In this document: positions 61,441 to 64,000 of the stretch, piece after piece
How positions within the stretch are numbered: position 1 is the first letter of the stretch
Layout of the letters: every line of letters begins with the position of its first letter
Source: Macrostomum lignano
Taxonomy: Eukaryota
NCBI GenBank assembly: GCA_002269645.1
Contig: NIVC01001076.1
Span: forward strand, 65,591 to 129,590
Length of the DNA stretch: 64,000 nucleotides
Reading direction: 5' to 3'
Made by a program: the position numbers and the translations under genes
The notes under the pieces: model-generated
Seen by the model: the letters and a program-made list of their open reading frames with translations, nothing else
Database searches by the model: none
Told to the model about the DNA's origin: nothing

Positions 61441-63879
61441 ACATACATACTATGCAGGGCTCAAGAGCATGCAGAGTACTTGGTTGATGAGGCATCGGAT
61501 GCTGATCAACTAGCTGCACCAGCCGCCGCCGCAGCCCGGCTGGCCGTGTCTGCAACTTGCAAAAGGGCCATAAATCACCGGGGGTCGGGGCTGAGCCGGG
61601 ATCTGCAGGGGGGGGGGGGCTGCCGCTGCCGGCTCCACCCAGCAGCACCATCAGCTACCCAGACTCTCCCGGCCGGCCAGCCCCACTCCCCCATTAGAAA
61701 TGCAATAAGCGCGCTGCGCCCGGCCTTCCAGCCGCTTTAGCCGACCAGAAAATCCCCACCAGCTCGCTTCCTAGGGCGGGGTTTTATCCCCGGCAATATA
61801 TAGGGAGCGGGAGGCCTGATGCAGCTGCCGCTGGATGCTGTGGGAGAATAGAGGCAGGAAGGAGGAGAAGTCTAAGAGAGAGAGGGGGGACTAGGCCTAA
61901 TAATTTCCCATAATTGCCTCGAATCGGAGAGGGGAAATAGGGGGGATGAATGCTTTAAGTCTTCATCTGCGAAGCTTTCTCATTCTCATCCGATTGCTTT
62001 CGCTCACTTTCCGTATATCATGGAGGGTTTGGGATTGCTGCTTCCGCCAAGCGGCTCTTCTGATCTGAGCAACAGGCAAAAATAATCCCTTTTAGAAAAG
62101 CGGGGAATGAGTCAAGTTCAAAATCGAATATATTATAATAGAGCACAAAGTATTCCATAATGTTGCGGAGCGCCTAGCAGCCAAGGTAAAATCAAATTTT
62201 AACCAAATGCCAGTCCAAGCGCACGCACAGGCCGCTGCCGGGCGTTGCTGGGGGATGATGGATCGCCTTAGTTGCTACTGTAGGGAAGAAGCAGGCCCCG
62301 TGTCGTGACGGTGTGCGGCGAGCGGTACGATACGATAGCGGTTTTAGTCTATCGTAAGGAGTTGAACAATGCCCCTAGAGACTCGAAAGCGGGTCTTTCA
62401 AGCGCTGGTCAAGTTATTCTTTCGGCACGGAGAGCGAAGATCAAAACCCCCACGTGCACAATTGGGAGAAAAGAAGAAGAGGAAAAGCTGGTCAAGAATT
62501 GGATGAGGCACCGTGGAAACTGGCCCAGCATCAGCTCCCCCCCCCTGGAGACCCGAGGCCCCTCGAGGCCTGCAAATTAGCGGCCTTGCAATCGCAGAGC
62601 TAAACACCAGTCTGGGGCATCCTGCAGCTTCGCATCCCCTGCAAATCCCTCCCAATACACTCGCTTCTATTGCTTTCTTTCTTTCGTTTTTAAGAGTGGC
62701 TCTCGCTAGCTCCCTGTGCTTTTTCTCTTGCTTTAGCAACAGCCGCCCTCAGCAGCGAAGACCAGGGTGATGGGGGGATACAGTTTTGCTGCTAAAACTC
62801 TCTGCACAACCCCAAAGCTGGATCTTCATTCCAGCATTCCGAATACCCATGACTCCGCGGGCCCTTTTCTGCGTCAAGGGTTTGCCGCCGCCATACAGGC
62901 ATAACACAGAACCGCTTTGTGCGCCCCTCCTACCTCTGCGCTTCCAGCTTCTTCTTTTTTAGCTGCGAAGCAAAAGCGTAGATGGAGAGGATGCCAATCT
63001 CTGTCCAAGGCCAGGCAGAGAGGGGGGTTCAACCGCTTTGCTTTGGTTGGTTTCCCATCCCTACATATCCCTACAAAGGGGGGGAGGGGCTTGACGGGGC
63101 GTAAAATACGCCAAACCAGCGGGAGGTCCCGGCGGTTGGTCCGCATAGCTGGAAAGTTTTGCTTCAGTTGCTCTTCTTTTGTATTCTGTTGTTTTTGAAA
63201 TAGCCCGACATTTCTTTTCAAATAGTTTTCTACCACCGATTGAATATTGATCGCTATTTAATGAATGTTAGGCCACTTGTGAAACCAGACGATTCCCAAA
63301 TGCTTGCAAGAGATCATATCTTACTAAAGGAATTAGTCCAGCCTAGTTTAGCGGAATGCCTAGCCTGGATCTGAAGATCATATCTATACAGCATCGACAG
63401 GTTATAAATCATAATTTGGCTCATGATAGACAAAATCAGAATTGGAGCCGGGTGTGTGTAACAGTTATTAATAAACCATATTTCGTATTTCCCCAATTTT
63501 AACTGGCTAATGCTCAATTCACCGCGATATTGATTTCTAATTAAACTTTTATTTATAACTGCCCACCGCTTCATAAGTGAGGGAGGAAGGAAGAGAGAGG
63601 GAGGAGACCGGAGCCCTGTGCAGCCTACCTGACTGCGAGGTGCCTGACTTCAGCCAGACCATTGTGGATGGGTACAGCATTTTATCAGATCCCACTCATT
63701 GATGCTCAGCCATGCGCGACCCCAGACCCCACTCTCCCAGCAAGGCAAACTAGTCTAGGATAAACGATAAACCTCCCTAGCTCATTCAAGTGAAGGGAAA
63801 TTCAGAGTCTGAGGCTAGGCTGTGATGAAGCAGATGATTTTAAAGATTTACCTATGATTTTTCCCACTCTCAATTCCAG

Positions 63880-63932
63880 CTGCACAACGGCGACAAGGAC
63901 ATTACACGGGGAACACCGAACTCGACGCTCTG
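63880..63932 (+). CDS. meis: Meis/homothorax exon 4 (apparent 1-nt frameshift as assembled)
   Basis: cccactctcaattccag| ... CTG|GTAAGC; the 3' part reads HYTGNTELDAL, matching the Meis ...NPELDNL| exon end. At 53 nt it is not a multiple of 3. Confidence 0.8.
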
Positions 63933-64000
63933 GTAAGCTATCGACTTGTTTAAAGTAAAAATTAAAGTGAAAAAATACAAAATTTATGCAATAAACAATA

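Overview
Eukaryotic (animal) genomic DNA with GT-AG introns, GC-rich exons and an extreme density of mini/microsatellites. The style is that of a free-living flatworm such as Macrostomum, which is an inference only. Genes I can support: (1) an unidentified minus-strand coding exon running off the left edge, absent from the ORF track; (2) an intronless FMRFamide-receptor-like GPCR (9294-10475); (3) the 3' part of a TGN38/TGN46/KCT2-family type I membrane protein with a ~1.7 kb exonic 15-aa repeat and a YKQV sorting motif (16895-19424); (4) an intronless type II membrane GT-A glycosyltransferase with the ENDSxD/RN/DxD/SCF/CEH signature that I associate mainly with bacteria, giant viruses and fungal CAP59/GT69-like enzymes (20918-22126); (5) a small secreted prohormone-like gene (27394-28866); (6) a fully reconstructable 7-exon NR1-type nuclear receptor on the minus strand (33906-43997, ~698 aa) whose second zinc finger lacks a canonical Cys and whose introns each carry their own tandem repeat; (7) the first four exons of a Meis/homothorax gene (55827-63932), divergently transcribed from the receptor. 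Also present are at least three non-autonomous DNA-transposon-like elements (CMC-like with AAA TSD, hAT-like with 8-bp TSD, a palindromic hairpin), an inverted pair of 27-bp arrays, about 30 tandem arrays and two AT-rich CpG-poor blocks. Most long entries in the ORF track are artefacts of tandem repeats. No CRISPR, rRNA or tRNA was seen. No single clearly novel multi-gene system was identified; the best leads are ranked in the findings.
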